From contig JACKAA010000004.1 in the NCBI GenBank assembly GCA_020635275.1, positions 4,411-68,410 on the forward strand: a DNA stretch of 64,000 nucleotides, read 5' to 3'. This document shows, piece by piece, positions 39,023 through 48,376 of this stretch. The translations under genes were made by a program, and so were the position numbers. The DNA is from Ignavibacteriales bacterium (GTDB lineage: Bacteria > Bacteroidota > Ignavibacteria > Ignavibacteriales > Melioribacteraceae). Under the pieces are notes generated by a model, which made no database searches, was not told the origin of the DNA, and saw only the letters and a list, made by a program, of their open reading frames with translations. Position 1 is the first letter of the stretch. Each line of letters opens with the position of its first letter.

Positions 39023-40300
39023 ATGAAAAAACTAACAAACTTATTTGTTTTCTTACTTACATTATCTTTCATACTTAATGCGCAAGACCAAAAAGAATTT
39101 AACTTTTTTGATGAAGTAAAAGTTAGTGTCACAAATCCGGCAGATGTTGAAAGAAAAGATGAACTTGTTTCACTTAGTGTGGATAAACTAAAAAGTAGAG
39201 CAGAAAATTTTAACAAAGAAGCTTTCATTATTTATTTGGGCGATAAAGAAATTCCTAGTCAGCTTTACAATGATGGACTTAATTCCCAAATAGTATTTGC
39301 ATGTTATTTCAAACCTAATCAGTCAAAAGAATTTTCTATAAAATATTTGCCTGATGGAAAATTAAAAAGAAAATATGATAGCAGAACTTATGCAGAATTA
39401 GCAATGAAGTTTGATGCTGTTTACAAATATGATCCTCTTGATAAAAGAAATAAATACACCAGCGATCATTTTGAAAATTTCACAAAAGTTGTTGTTCCGG
39501 AAAATCATACTGATCACGATGCACTTTTCAAATATGAAGGACCAGGTTGGGAATCAGAAAAAGTTGGTTATCGTTTTTATTTAGATTGGAGAAATGCTAC
39601 AGATATTTTTGGAAAAACAATTAACAAATTAGTTTTAGATGATGTTGGTACAAATGATGTAACTGCTCATGAAGATTCATATCATGAAATGCAGGATTGG
39701 GGAATGGATATTTTTAAAGTTGGAAATACTTTAGGTATTGGTTCAATTGGAATGATGAACGCTGACAGTATTTACATGGTTTCCAAAACTGATGAAATTA
39801 GTTGCGAAATTAGTTTTAACGGACCAATTTTATCTGAAGTTACCACAAATTACAAAGGCTGGTTAGTTGGTGAAAATAAATATGATTTAGTTTCAAAATT
39901 ATCAATTTCAGCTGGAAGCAGAATTACAAATGCAACTCTCAAAGTTTTTGATAATGCTTCAAACATTACAACTGGCTTGGCAAAATATAAAGGTACAGAT
40001 TTTATTAAATCTTCATCAACTGGTGATTGGCAATATATTGCTCTTTGGGGAAAGCAGACTTTAAATGATGACAATCTTGGAATAGTTCTTTTTTATAAAA
40101 AATCTGCTTTGATAAATCAGAGCGAAAATGATTTGAATTATTATGTTGAGCTAAAACCAATTGAGAATAAAGTTAATTATGGTTTTGCTGCTGCTTGGGA
40201 AAAAGAGCCGGATGGAATTAAAACTAAAGAAGCATTTGTAAAATATATTGATGAAGAAATTATAAAATTAAATAGTCCATTAACTGTTGATTACAAATAG
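39023..40300 (+). CDS. Secreted DUF4861-like protein of unknown function
   Basis: The signal peptide ends in LNAQ. Its size, its position next to hexuronate genes, and motifs such as YEGPGWESEKVGYRFYLDWRN fit my recollection of the DUF4861 family common in pectin loci. Confidence 0.45.
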   Translation: MKKLTNLFVFLLTLSFILNAQDQKEFNFFDEVKVSVTNPADVERKDELVSLSVDKLKSRAENFNKEAFIIYLGDKEIPSQLYNDGLNSQIVFACYFKPNQSKEFSIKYLPDGKLKRKYDSRTYAELAMKFDAVYKYDPLDKRNKYTSDHFENFTKVVVPENHTDHDALFKYEGPGWESEKVGYRFYLDWRNATDIFGKTINKLVLDDVGTNDVTAHEDSYHEMQDWGMDIFKVGNTLGIGSIGMMNADSIYMVSKTDEISCEISFNGPILSEVTTNYKGWLVGENKYDLVSKLSISAGSRITNATLKVFDNASNITTGLAKYKGTDFIKSSSTGDWQYIALWGKQTLNDDNLGIVLFYKKSALINQSENDLNYYVELKPIENKVNYGFAAAWEKEPDGIKTKEAFVKYIDEEIIKLNSPLTVDYK

Positions 40301-40309
40301 GTGTAAAAA

Positions 40310-41722
40310 ATGAGTGAATGTATTTTACACGAAGATCGTTTTTTTGATTCTGATCCTTCAATTAGAAATGCAGCAAGAGAATTATATAATGAAGCAAAAA
40401 GGCTTCCAATTGTAAGTCCGCACGGACATGTAGACCCAAAAATATTTGTGGATAATAAACCATTTCCACATCCAACAGAATTGTTTATTGCTCCCGATCA
40501 TTATGTTTATCGAATGTTATATTCTCAAGGAATTAAACTTGAAGAATTGGATATTCCACAGAGAGGCGGTAAAACTTTAGGTGTTGATCCAAGAAAAGTT
40601 TGGCAATTATTTGGAGAAAATTATTATCTCTTTAATGGTACGCCCTCTGGCGTATGGCTTGATTATGAATTCAACATTGTGTTTGGAATCAAAGAAAAAC
40701 TTAATGGTGAAAATGCTCAAAAGTATTATGATACAATAAATGAAAAACTTCAGACAGAAGAATTTTTGCCAAGGAATTTATTTAAACATTTTAATATAGA
40801 AGTCCTTTCAACTACTGATGCTGCTAATGATCAGTTGGAACATCATAAAGCAATAAAAGAATCTGGATGGGATGGTAGAATTGTTCCGGCTTTTAGACCT
40901 GATGCACTTACAAATTTAGATAATCCAACATGGCGCGAAGATATAAAAGTTTTAGAAAGTTTGGTTGGATTTGAAATTTCTAAATATCAAGATTTTATAA
41001 AAGCTTTGGAATTGAGAAGAGAATATTTCAAGGAAATGGGAGCGACTTCTACAGATCATGGAGTTCTAACTCCTTACACTCATAAATTATCAGATGGTGA
41101 AGTTGAGGCAATTTTCTCTAGAGCTTTAAGAGGCGAAGTTTACGAAGACGATCCAAAATTATTTACTGCAAATATGTTAATGGAAATGGCAAGAATGAGT
41201 TGTGATGATGGTTTAACAATGCAAATTCATTCCGGTTCGAACAGAAATCACAACAGTGTTATTTACGATAAATATGGTTTAGATAAAGGCTGTGATATTC
41301 CACAACAAACTGAGTACACAAATAATCTTAAAGAATTATTAAATGCTTATGGTAATGACACAAACTTTAGAGTAATTGTTTTTACTTTGGATGAAACAAC
41401 TTACTCAAGAGAACTTGCACCTTTAGCAGGTCATTATCCCGCAATGAAATTAGGTCCGGCTTGGTGGTTTCATGATAGTATTGAAGGAATGACTCGCTAC
41501 AGACAAATGGTTACAGAAACTGCCGGATTTTATAACACAGTCGGCTTTAACGATGATACACGTGCTTTTGTTTCAATTCCGGCAAGACATGATGTTGCAA
41601 GAAGAATAGATGCAAACTTTTTAGGCGGCCTGGTCGCTCGCCATATTATTAGTTTAAGTGAGGCAAGAATAATAATGAAAGACCTGACTTACAACTTGGT
41701 TAAAAAAGCTTATAAATTATAA
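40310..41722 (+). CDS. uxaC: Glucuronate (uronate) isomerase
   Basis: It is 470 aa. The N-terminal FLHEDRFF...LYNE...LPIVSPHGHVDP, then HSGSNRN, PAWWFHD and NDDTRAF, are hallmark UxaC motifs. Confidence 0.9.
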   Translation: MSECILHEDRFFDSDPSIRNAARELYNEAKRLPIVSPHGHVDPKIFVDNKPFPHPTELFIAPDHYVYRMLYSQGIKLEELDIPQRGGKTLGVDPRKVWQLFGENYYLFNGTPSGVWLDYEFNIVFGIKEKLNGENAQKYYDTINEKLQTEEFLPRNLFKHFNIEVLSTTDAANDQLEHHKAIKESGWDGRIVPAFRPDALTNLDNPTWREDIKVLESLVGFEISKYQDFIKALELRREYFKEMGATSTDHGVLTPYTHKLSDGEVEAIFSRALRGEVYEDDPKLFTANMLMEMARMSCDDGLTMQIHSGSNRNHNSVIYDKYGLDKGCDIPQQTEYTNNLKELLNAYGNDTNFRVIVFTLDETTYSRELAPLAGHYPAMKLGPAWWFHDSIEGMTRYRQMVTETAGFYNTVGFNDDTRAFVSIPARHDVARRIDANFLGGLVARHIISLSEARIIMKDLTYNLVKKAYKL

Positions 41723-41733
41723 AGGTATACAAG

Positions 41734-43275
41734 ATGTTATTAAATGAAGTAAAAAAGATTGAAGATGATGCTTCAAAAAATGAATTAGTGAAATTAGAAT
41801 CATTACTTAATGGTGAAGTTTCAGTTTATCCAAAATCGATAAATGCAAAAAATGGAGTAACATTTTTTATTGGTAAAAAAGGAATAGAAAAATATCTTTA
41901 TCTAATTTCTGAAAATGGTTCAACTTTATTTGATGAATTTGAAGGTGAAATTATTGATTCATCAGATTCAAAAGTAAAAGAATGTCCGCAAGTTCATGCT
42001 AATGCTGTTAAGCTTCAGGAACAATTTGAGTTTACAAAACCAATTTTATTAGGATTAGATAATTCATTTGGATTTGGAGATCGAATTGGATTAGCTAATC
42101 CAGCACATTTGCGCTCTTTAGAGGGAAGCGAATTTAAACCAATAGTTGCTCAGCAATCAATTCGCGAATTAACTCGCACAAACCGTAAACCAGCTGATGT
42201 TATGGATGCTGCAATTTGGGCTGTTTTTCAAGAAGGTTATAAAGATGGATTTGGTTCGGATGCTGATCACTTGAAAACTAAAGAAGATATTGATTTGATG
42301 ATCAATGCTGGATTTACATTTTTCACTTTTGATCCAAGCGAGTTTGTAATCAATGAAGCCGATTCTATTTCAATTACTGAACTTGAAGAAAAAGGTAAAA
42401 CTTTAAACTGGAAAGTTTTGGATGATGATTTTGATAGTTTCATAAAAAAATATGATAATGTGGAATTTGATTTAAAAGAAGGTTTAGTAATTAAACCATC
42501 TTATGAAGATGTTTTGAGAGCCACAGTAAAATATGGAAATGCAGTTGCTCATATCAAAACTTTGTATGATCACTTAAGTTCAACTTATTCTAGTCTTCCT
42601 TACGAAGTTGAAATTTCTGTTGATGAAACAGAATCGGTGACAACTCCTTTTGAGCATTTCTTTATGGCTTCTGAATTAAACAGACTTGAAGTTAAGTTAG
42701 TAAGTTTAGCACCAAGATTTATCGGCGATTTTGAAAAAGGAATTGATTACAAAGGTGATATCGAATTATTCAAACAAGAATATTTAAAGCATGTTAAAAT
42801 TTCAGAATATTTTGGATCATATAAAATAAGTCTTCATTCTGGCAGTGATAAGTTCGGAGTTTACAAAGCTATTGGACAATTAAAACGTGGTTACACTCAT
42901 GTTAAAACTGCTGGAACAAGTTATTTGGAAGCTCTTAAAGTAGTTGCGTTTGCTGAACCGGAAGAGTTTAGAAAAATTTTAGATTTTGCTAGGGTTGAAT
43001 ATGAAAAAGAAAAACATTCTTATCATGTTTCTGCAAAATTAGAAAATGTGCATTCTTCTGATAAATATTCTGATGAGCAATTATTAGATTTATTCAATCA
43101 AAATGATGCTCGCCAAGTATTGCACGTAACTTTTGGTAAAGTTCTTACTACTTTTAAAGTTGATGGAACTTCATTATTCAAAGATAAAATTTACAAATGC
43201 TTAAAAGAAAATGAAGATGTTCATTACAATTACATAATTAACCATTTTAAAAATCATTTAAATCCATTCAAATAA
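41734..43275 (+). CDS. uxaE: Tagaturonate/fructuronate epimerase (UxaE-like)
   Basis: This 513-aa protein follows uxaC directly. FGFGDRIGLANPAHL, GSDADHLKT and SLHSGSDKF fit the TIM-barrel UxaE family described for Thermotoga. No uxaB or uxaA is present in the window. Confidence 0.55.
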   Translation: MLLNEVKKIEDDASKNELVKLESLLNGEVSVYPKSINAKNGVTFFIGKKGIEKYLYLISENGSTLFDEFEGEIIDSSDSKVKECPQVHANAVKLQEQFEFTKPILLGLDNSFGFGDRIGLANPAHLRSLEGSEFKPIVAQQSIRELTRTNRKPADVMDAAIWAVFQEGYKDGFGSDADHLKTKEDIDLMINAGFTFFTFDPSEFVINEADSISITELEEKGKTLNWKVLDDDFDSFIKKYDNVEFDLKEGLVIKPSYEDVLRATVKYGNAVAHIKTLYDHLSSTYSSLPYEVEISVDETESVTTPFEHFFMASELNRLEVKLVSLAPRFIGDFEKGIDYKGDIELFKQEYLKHVKISEYFGSYKISLHSGSDKFGVYKAIGQLKRGYTHVKTAGTSYLEALKVVAFAEPEEFRKILDFARVEYEKEKHSYHVSAKLENVHSSDKYSDEQLLDLFNQNDARQVLHVTFGKVLTTFKVDGTSLFKDKIYKCLKENEDVHYNYIINHFKNHLNPFK

Positions 43276-43276
43276 A

Positions 43277-43915
43277 ATGACAAGAGAAGAAACAAGACAA
43301 TCAATTTTAGAAAGAAAAGTATTATCAGTTGTAAGGATGAAAAATCCTGCACAACTTATTCCTGTAATAAATGCCTTAAAAGAAGGCGGCGTAACCGGAA
43401 TTGAATTAACAATGACAATCCCAAACGCAATTGAAGCAATTCGAACCGCGAATGAAGAATTTGGCGATTCAATTTTATTAGGTGTTGGTTCTGTAATAGA
43501 TCCGCAAACAGCACTTGATGCTATTGATGCTGGAGCAAAATTTGTTGTTAGTCCAATTTATAAGAGAGATGTTGTTGATGCTGTGTTATCCAAAAATATA
43601 GTAGTTAGTCCTGGTTGTTTTTCGCCAACTGAAATTCAAACAGCTTATGAACAAGGCGCCGATTTTATAAAGATATTTCCGGCAGATAATTTGGGAATGA
43701 GTTATATAAAATCAATCAAAGCTCCATTGCCGCATTTAAAAGTTATTCCAACTGGCGGTGTAAATTTAACTAATGCAATTGACTGGATAAATGCTGGAGC
43801 AAGTGCAGTGGGATTAGGTTCTGCACTCGTTGACAATAAAGCTATTGAAAATGAAGATTATGCTAAGTTAACTGAAAACGCTAAAAAACTTTGTGAAAAC
43901 TTAGGATTAAATTAG
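43277..43915 (+). CDS. eda: 2-dehydro-3-deoxyphosphogluconate (KDPG) aldolase
   Basis: It is 212 aa. GVTGIELTMT, VSPG, the Schiff-base Lys context FIKIFPA, and PTGGV are present. Confidence 0.85.
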   Translation: MTREETRQSILERKVLSVVRMKNPAQLIPVINALKEGGVTGIELTMTIPNAIEAIRTANEEFGDSILLGVGSVIDPQTALDAIDAGAKFVVSPIYKRDVVDAVLSKNIVVSPGCFSPTEIQTAYEQGADFIKIFPADNLGMSYIKSIKAPLPHLKVIPTGGVNLTNAIDWINAGASAVGLGSALVDNKAIENEDYAKLTENAKKLCENLGLN

Positions 43916-43923
43916 GAGAAGAA

Positions 43924-44775
43924 ATGCAGAATTTATCATTTGATGATTTGAAAGATAAAGTTGTTGTTTTAACCGGCGGCGGCGGTGTTATTGGTGCTGT
44001 GCTTGCAAAAGGTTTAGCAAAAGTTGGAGCAAAATTAGCAATCCTAGATATTAAAAAAGAGTTTGCTGATAAAGTTGCAGATCAAGTAAGAAGTGAGTTT
44101 GGTACTGAAGTTATTGGCGTTGAAGCAAATGTACTTGATAAATCGTCTTTACAAGAAGCGAAAAAAGTTGTATTAGAAAAATATCCACAAGTTGATATTC
44201 TTATAAATGGTGCGGGCGGAAATTCTCCAAAAGCTACTACTAAAGAAGAATTTATAACTGATGAAAATATTAATTCTTTAGAAGATACTTTCTTTGGTTT
44301 GGAAATGGAAGGATTTCAAAAAGTTTTTGATTTGAATTTTTTAGGAACACTTTTGCCAACTATGGTTTTTGCTCAAGAAATGGTTGAAAGAAAATCTGGT
44401 GTAATTTTAAATGTTTCATCTATGAATTCTTTTAGATCACTAACAAAAATTCCAGCTTACTCAGCAGCCAAAGCTTCAATAAATAATTTTACAGAATGGC
44501 TTGCAGTTCACTTCGCTAAAATGAATGTTAGAGTAAATGCAATCGCTCCAGGATTCTTTTTAACAAATCAAAATAGATTTTTACTTATTGATGAAAACAC
44601 AAATGAATTAACAGCAAGAGGTAAAAAGATTATTGATAATACTCCAATGGGAAAATTTGGTGAAGCTGAAGATTTGTTAGGTGGAACATTGTTTTTGCTT
44701 TCAGATGTTTCAAGTTTTATAACTGGAATTGTTCTCCCAATTGATGGTGGTTTTAATATTTACAGTGGTGTTTAA
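43924..44775 (+). CDS. uxuB: SDR-family D-mannonate oxidoreductase (fructuronate reductase)
   Basis: VVVLTGGGGVIG is the Rossmann motif and YSAAK is the catalytic Y-x-x-x-K. It lies between eda and uxuA and resembles the short-chain UxuB/YjmF type. Confidence 0.6.
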   Translation: MQNLSFDDLKDKVVVLTGGGGVIGAVLAKGLAKVGAKLAILDIKKEFADKVADQVRSEFGTEVIGVEANVLDKSSLQEAKKVVLEKYPQVDILINGAGGNSPKATTKEEFITDENINSLEDTFFGLEMEGFQKVFDLNFLGTLLPTMVFAQEMVERKSGVILNVSSMNSFRSLTKIPAYSAAKASINNFTEWLAVHFAKMNVRVNAIAPGFFLTNQNRFLLIDENTNELTARGKKIIDNTPMGKFGEAEDLLGGTLFLLSDVSSFITGIVLPIDGGFNIYSGV

Positions 44776-44797
44776 TTCAAGAAGGAAAAATAATTAA

Positions 44798-46012
44798 ATG
44801 AAGATGATTCAAACATGGAGATGGTACGGACCTAATGATCCTGTAACATTGACAGATATTAGACAAGCCGGCGCTGTTGGCATTGTTACTGCACTTCACG
44901 AAATTCCAATCGGTGAGGTTTGGACAGTTGAAGAATTAGAAAAACGTAAAAGAATGATTGAGTGGGATTACTCAAAAAATCCACCAAGAAGAAGAGGTTT
45001 GCATTGGAGCGTGATTGAAAGTATTCCGGTTCATGAAGATATAAAATTGGGAAAACCAAATCGAGATATGTGGATTGAAAAATATCAGCAAAGTATTAAA
45101 AATGCTGGCTGGGTTGGTGTTCACAATGTATGTTACAATTTTATGCCTGTTGTTGATTGGACCAGAACAAATCTTGAATTAGAATTAGAAGATGGTGCAA
45201 GAGCTTTAGCTTTTGATATGGTTGAGTTTATTGTTTTTGATGTTTATATGCTTAAGAGAAAAGGAGCTGAAAAAAATTACGCAGAAGAAATGTTGGAAAA
45301 AGCTCGCGAACGTTTTGAGTCAATGTCCGATGAGCAAAGATATGTTCTTCAAAAAAATATTATTGCAGGATTACCAGGTGGTCAAGAAGGATATTCAATT
45401 GAACAATTCCAGAAAAAATTAGATGAATATAAATATATAGATTCCACAAAATATAGAGAGAATTTAGCATATTTCTTAAAAGCAATTATACCTGTGGCTG
45501 AAGAGGCTGGTGTCAAAATGGCTATTCATCCCGATGATCCCCCAATTCCATTATTTGGTTTACCAAGAGTAGTTAGTACTGAAGAAGATTTGTCTTATTT
45601 ACTAAATTCGTATGACTCAAATTTTAACGGATTTACAATGTGTACCGGATCATTTGGTGTTCGTCCTGATAATGATTTAGTTGGAATGATTGAACGTTAT
45701 GGAGAAAAACTTAATTTTGCTCATTTAAGAAGTACTCAAAGAGATGGAAATGGTAGTTTTCATGAAGCCGGTCACTTAAGAGGTGATGTGGATATGTTTA
45801 ATGTAATTGCTGCAATTTTAAGAGAGCAAAAGCGAAGACATTCAGCACATCGCCAAGATGAGCAAATTCCTATGAGGGCAGATCACGGTCACACAATTTT
45901 AGATGATCTAGGGAAAAAGACAAATCCCGGTTATTCTGCAATCGGTCTGTTAAGAGGAATGGCTGAGCTGCGTGGATTAGAAATGGGAATTGAAAAGAGC
46001 GGAATTATTTAG
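44798..46012 (+). CDS. uxuA: Mannonate dehydratase
   Basis: It is near-colinear with E. coli UxuA as recalled: [54 protein letters not shown]. Confidence 0.95.
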   Translation: MKMIQTWRWYGPNDPVTLTDIRQAGAVGIVTALHEIPIGEVWTVEELEKRKRMIEWDYSKNPPRRRGLHWSVIESIPVHEDIKLGKPNRDMWIEKYQQSIKNAGWVGVHNVCYNFMPVVDWTRTNLELELEDGARALAFDMVEFIVFDVYMLKRKGAEKNYAEEMLEKARERFESMSDEQRYVLQKNIIAGLPGGQEGYSIEQFQKKLDEYKYIDSTKYRENLAYFLKAIIPVAEEAGVKMAIHPDDPPIPLFGLPRVVSTEEDLSYLLNSYDSNFNGFTMCTGSFGVRPDNDLVGMIERYGEKLNFAHLRSTQRDGNGSFHEAGHLRGDVDMFNVIAAILREQKRRHSAHRQDEQIPMRADHGHTILDDLGKKTNPGYSAIGLLRGMAELRGLEMGIEKSGII

Positions 46013-46044
46013 GAAAAATTTCTAAAAATCAATATTGATGTTTT

Positions 46045-46069
46045 GTCATTCCCACGAAAGTGGGAATCC
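46045..46069 (+). repeat. Hairpin repeat element E1 (GTCATTCCCAC-GAAA-GTGGGAATCC)
   Basis: It has a perfect 8-bp stem, ATTCCCAC/GTGGGAAT (46048-46055 with 46060-46067), and a GAAA loop. It lies 33 nt after the uxuA stop and is related to the element at 51050-51077. Confidence 0.6.
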
Positions 46070-46154
46070 AGAAAGTAAAATAGAATCCGCTTATGTTAGA
46101 TGTCATATTGAATAATTAAAAAAGTAAAAAAAATAGAAATTGGAGAGAAATAAA

Positions 46155-47189
46155 ATGTCACGTAAAGTAGTAACCTTTGGCGAAATAATGTTAAGATTAT
46201 CTACTCCAGGTTTTACAAGATTTGTTCAAGCACAAAATTTTGATGTTACCTATGGTGGCGGTGAAGCAAACGTAGCAGTAGCTTTATCAAACTATGGATT
46301 GGAAAGTTACTTCGTTTCCAAATTACCCAAACACGAAATTGGACAATCAGCTGTAAATCATTTAAGAAGATTTGGTGTTCACACTGATTATATTGCTCGT
46401 GCTGGTGAAAGAGTTGGAATTTACTTTTTGGAAACCGGTGCAAGTCAGAGAGCATCAAAAGTTGTATATGATCGATCAAACTCTGCGGTTACTGATGTTA
46501 ACTTAGATGATTTTAATTGGGATGAAATTTTTGATGGTGCTGAGTGGTTTCATTGGACTGGAATAACTCCGGCTTTAGGTAAAAAAGCTCAAGAGGTTTT
46601 GAAGAAAGCTTTAGAAGTTGCAAAACAAAAAGGAGTGAAAGTTAGTTGTGATCTTAACTTTAGAAAAAAATTATGGACAACTTCAGAAGCACAATCTGTT
46701 ATGAAACCTTTAATGGAATATGTTGATGTCTGTATTGCAAATGAAGAAGATGCAGAAAAAAGTCTGGGTGAAAAAGCCGGTGAAACAGATGTTGAGAAAG
46801 CAGAAATTGATGAGGAAGGATATTTCAAATTAGCAAAACATTTAAAAGAAAAATATAATTTGGAAGCAGTTGCAATAACATTAAGAGAAAGTTTTTCGGC
46901 ATCAAGAAATGGCTGGAGTGCAATGCTGTTAGATGATAAAGATTGTTCAGAGCCTTACAGATCAAAAAAATATGATATTCAAATTGTTGATAGAGTTGGA
47001 GGCGGAGATTCTTTTGCCAGCGGATTGATTTTCGGATTGTTGAATTATAACGACACAAAAAAAGGATTAGAATTTGCAGTTGGTGCATCTTGCTTAAAGC
47101 AAACTATTCCTGGAGATTTCAATTTAGTTTCGGTTGATGAAGTTGAAAAACTTATTGGTGGCGATGGCTCCGGTAGAGTAGAAAGATAA
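46155..47189 (+). CDS. kdgK: 2-dehydro-3-deoxygluconokinase (PfkB family)
   Basis: The start was moved to the ATG at 46155, which has GGAGAG 8 nt upstream. VVTFGEIMLRL, TYGGGEANVAV and DRVGGGDSFASG are typical KdgK/PfkB motifs. Confidence 0.85.
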   Translation: MSRKVVTFGEIMLRLSTPGFTRFVQAQNFDVTYGGGEANVAVALSNYGLESYFVSKLPKHEIGQSAVNHLRRFGVHTDYIARAGERVGIYFLETGASQRASKVVYDRSNSAVTDVNLDDFNWDEIFDGAEWFHWTGITPALGKKAQEVLKKALEVAKQKGVKVSCDLNFRKKLWTTSEAQSVMKPLMEYVDVCIANEEDAEKSLGEKAGETDVEKAEIDEEGYFKLAKHLKEKYNLEAVAITLRESFSASRNGWSAMLLDDKDCSEPYRSKKYDIQIVDRVGGGDSFASGLIFGLLNYNDTKKGLEFAVGASCLKQTIPGDFNLVSVDEVEKLIGGDGSGRVER

Positions 47190-47218
47190 TTTTAAAATAA
47201 AAATTTAATAGGTTAAAA

Positions 47219-48298
47219 ATGGGCATCGAATTAAAAGAAAATTGTAAATATTCATTAGTCGTACCAACCAGTATGGGAGTTAGAATAACTCCAGCGGAAA
47301 AACAGCCGGTACATAGCAGTAACAATTTTGTTTTGCAAGTTACAAGTGCTGAAACTAATGTTGCAAGCATATCTTCTTATTTAGGATTACCGGTAAAAGT
47401 ATTAACCACTTTTGTAAAGGGAAGTCCGATTGCAAAATTAATTAAAAGTAACTTGCGCAGTCGTTTTATGGATTATGAAGGAGTTGATGTTGATCAAGGC
47501 GGACCTTGGGGTTACAGACATCAATTTAATATTGCCGATAGTGGATTTGGTCATCGAGGACCCAGAGTTCATAATGATAGAGCCGGTGAAGTTGGAAGAA
47601 CATTAAATGTAAAAGATTTTGATTTAGATAGAATTTTTGGTGAGGAGGGTGTTCAAATTGTTCACTTATCAGGATTGATTGCGGCACTTTCTAAAGAAAC
47701 ATCAACCTTCTGCTTAGAGCTCGCAAGAGCTGCTAAAAAATATGGAACTAAAATTTCATTTGATCTTAACTTTAGAGCTTCCTTCTGGAAAGGCAGAGAA
47801 GAAGAATTAAGAGCTGCGTTTACTGAAATTGCTTCGGTCTCAGATATTTTAGTTGGTAACGAAGAAGATTTTCAATTGTGCTTTGGAATTAAAGGTCCGG
47901 AAGCTGGTGGTGAAGGACTTGATGAAAAAATAGAAAACTTTAAAGAAATGATTGGAAGAGTGAAAGAGCAATTTCCGAATGCAAAAGTTTTTGCTACAAC
48001 ACTTCGTGAAGTTGAAAGTGCTTTAAAACATAAATGGGGCGGTATTATGTTAGCTGGTGATGAATGGCATGTCGTGAAACCTCGCGATATTGATATTATT
48101 GATCGTATTGGCGGTGGTGATGGATTTGTTGGCGGAATGCTTTATGGAATTTTGAAAAATTGGGATGCTGAAAAGTGGATTCAATTTGGATGGGCAACTG
48201 GTGCCATGGCAACAACTTTTCATACAGATTATGCTCAGCCGGCAGATGAAGAAATGGTTTGGAGTATTTGGGAAGGCAACGCGAGAGTTCAAAGATAA
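47219..48298 (+). CDS. Second, divergent PfkB-family sugar(-acid) kinase (KdgK paralog)
   Basis: DRIGGGDGFVGG is the PfkB anion hole/catalytic Asp region and ISFDLNFRASFW parallels VSCDLNFRKKLW of the upstream kdgK. The N-terminal half is divergent. Confidence 0.7.
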   Translation: MGIELKENCKYSLVVPTSMGVRITPAEKQPVHSSNNFVLQVTSAETNVASISSYLGLPVKVLTTFVKGSPIAKLIKSNLRSRFMDYEGVDVDQGGPWGYRHQFNIADSGFGHRGPRVHNDRAGEVGRTLNVKDFDLDRIFGEEGVQIVHLSGLIAALSKETSTFCLELARAAKKYGTKISFDLNFRASFWKGREEELRAAFTEIASVSDILVGNEEDFQLCFGIKGPEAGGEGLDEKIENFKEMIGRVKEQFPNAKVFATTLREVESALKHKWGGIMLAGDEWHVVKPRDIDIIDRIGGGDGFVGGMLYGILKNWDAEKWIQFGWATGAMATTFHTDYAQPADEEMVWSIWEGNARVQR

Positions 48299-48376
48299 GA
48301 AATCTGGTCTTTCGTAATTCCTAATTCCTAATTTATTTATGATCTAAATTAGAAAATCATATAATTAAATAAGACA

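Noticed and set aside
48315-48335. A tandem heptamer, TAATTCC TAATTCC TAATTTA, upstream of the GH105 gene.
   Set aside because: There are only about 2.7 copies of a short AT-rich unit with no counterpart elsewhere in the window. This is most likely chance or slippage with no evident function.
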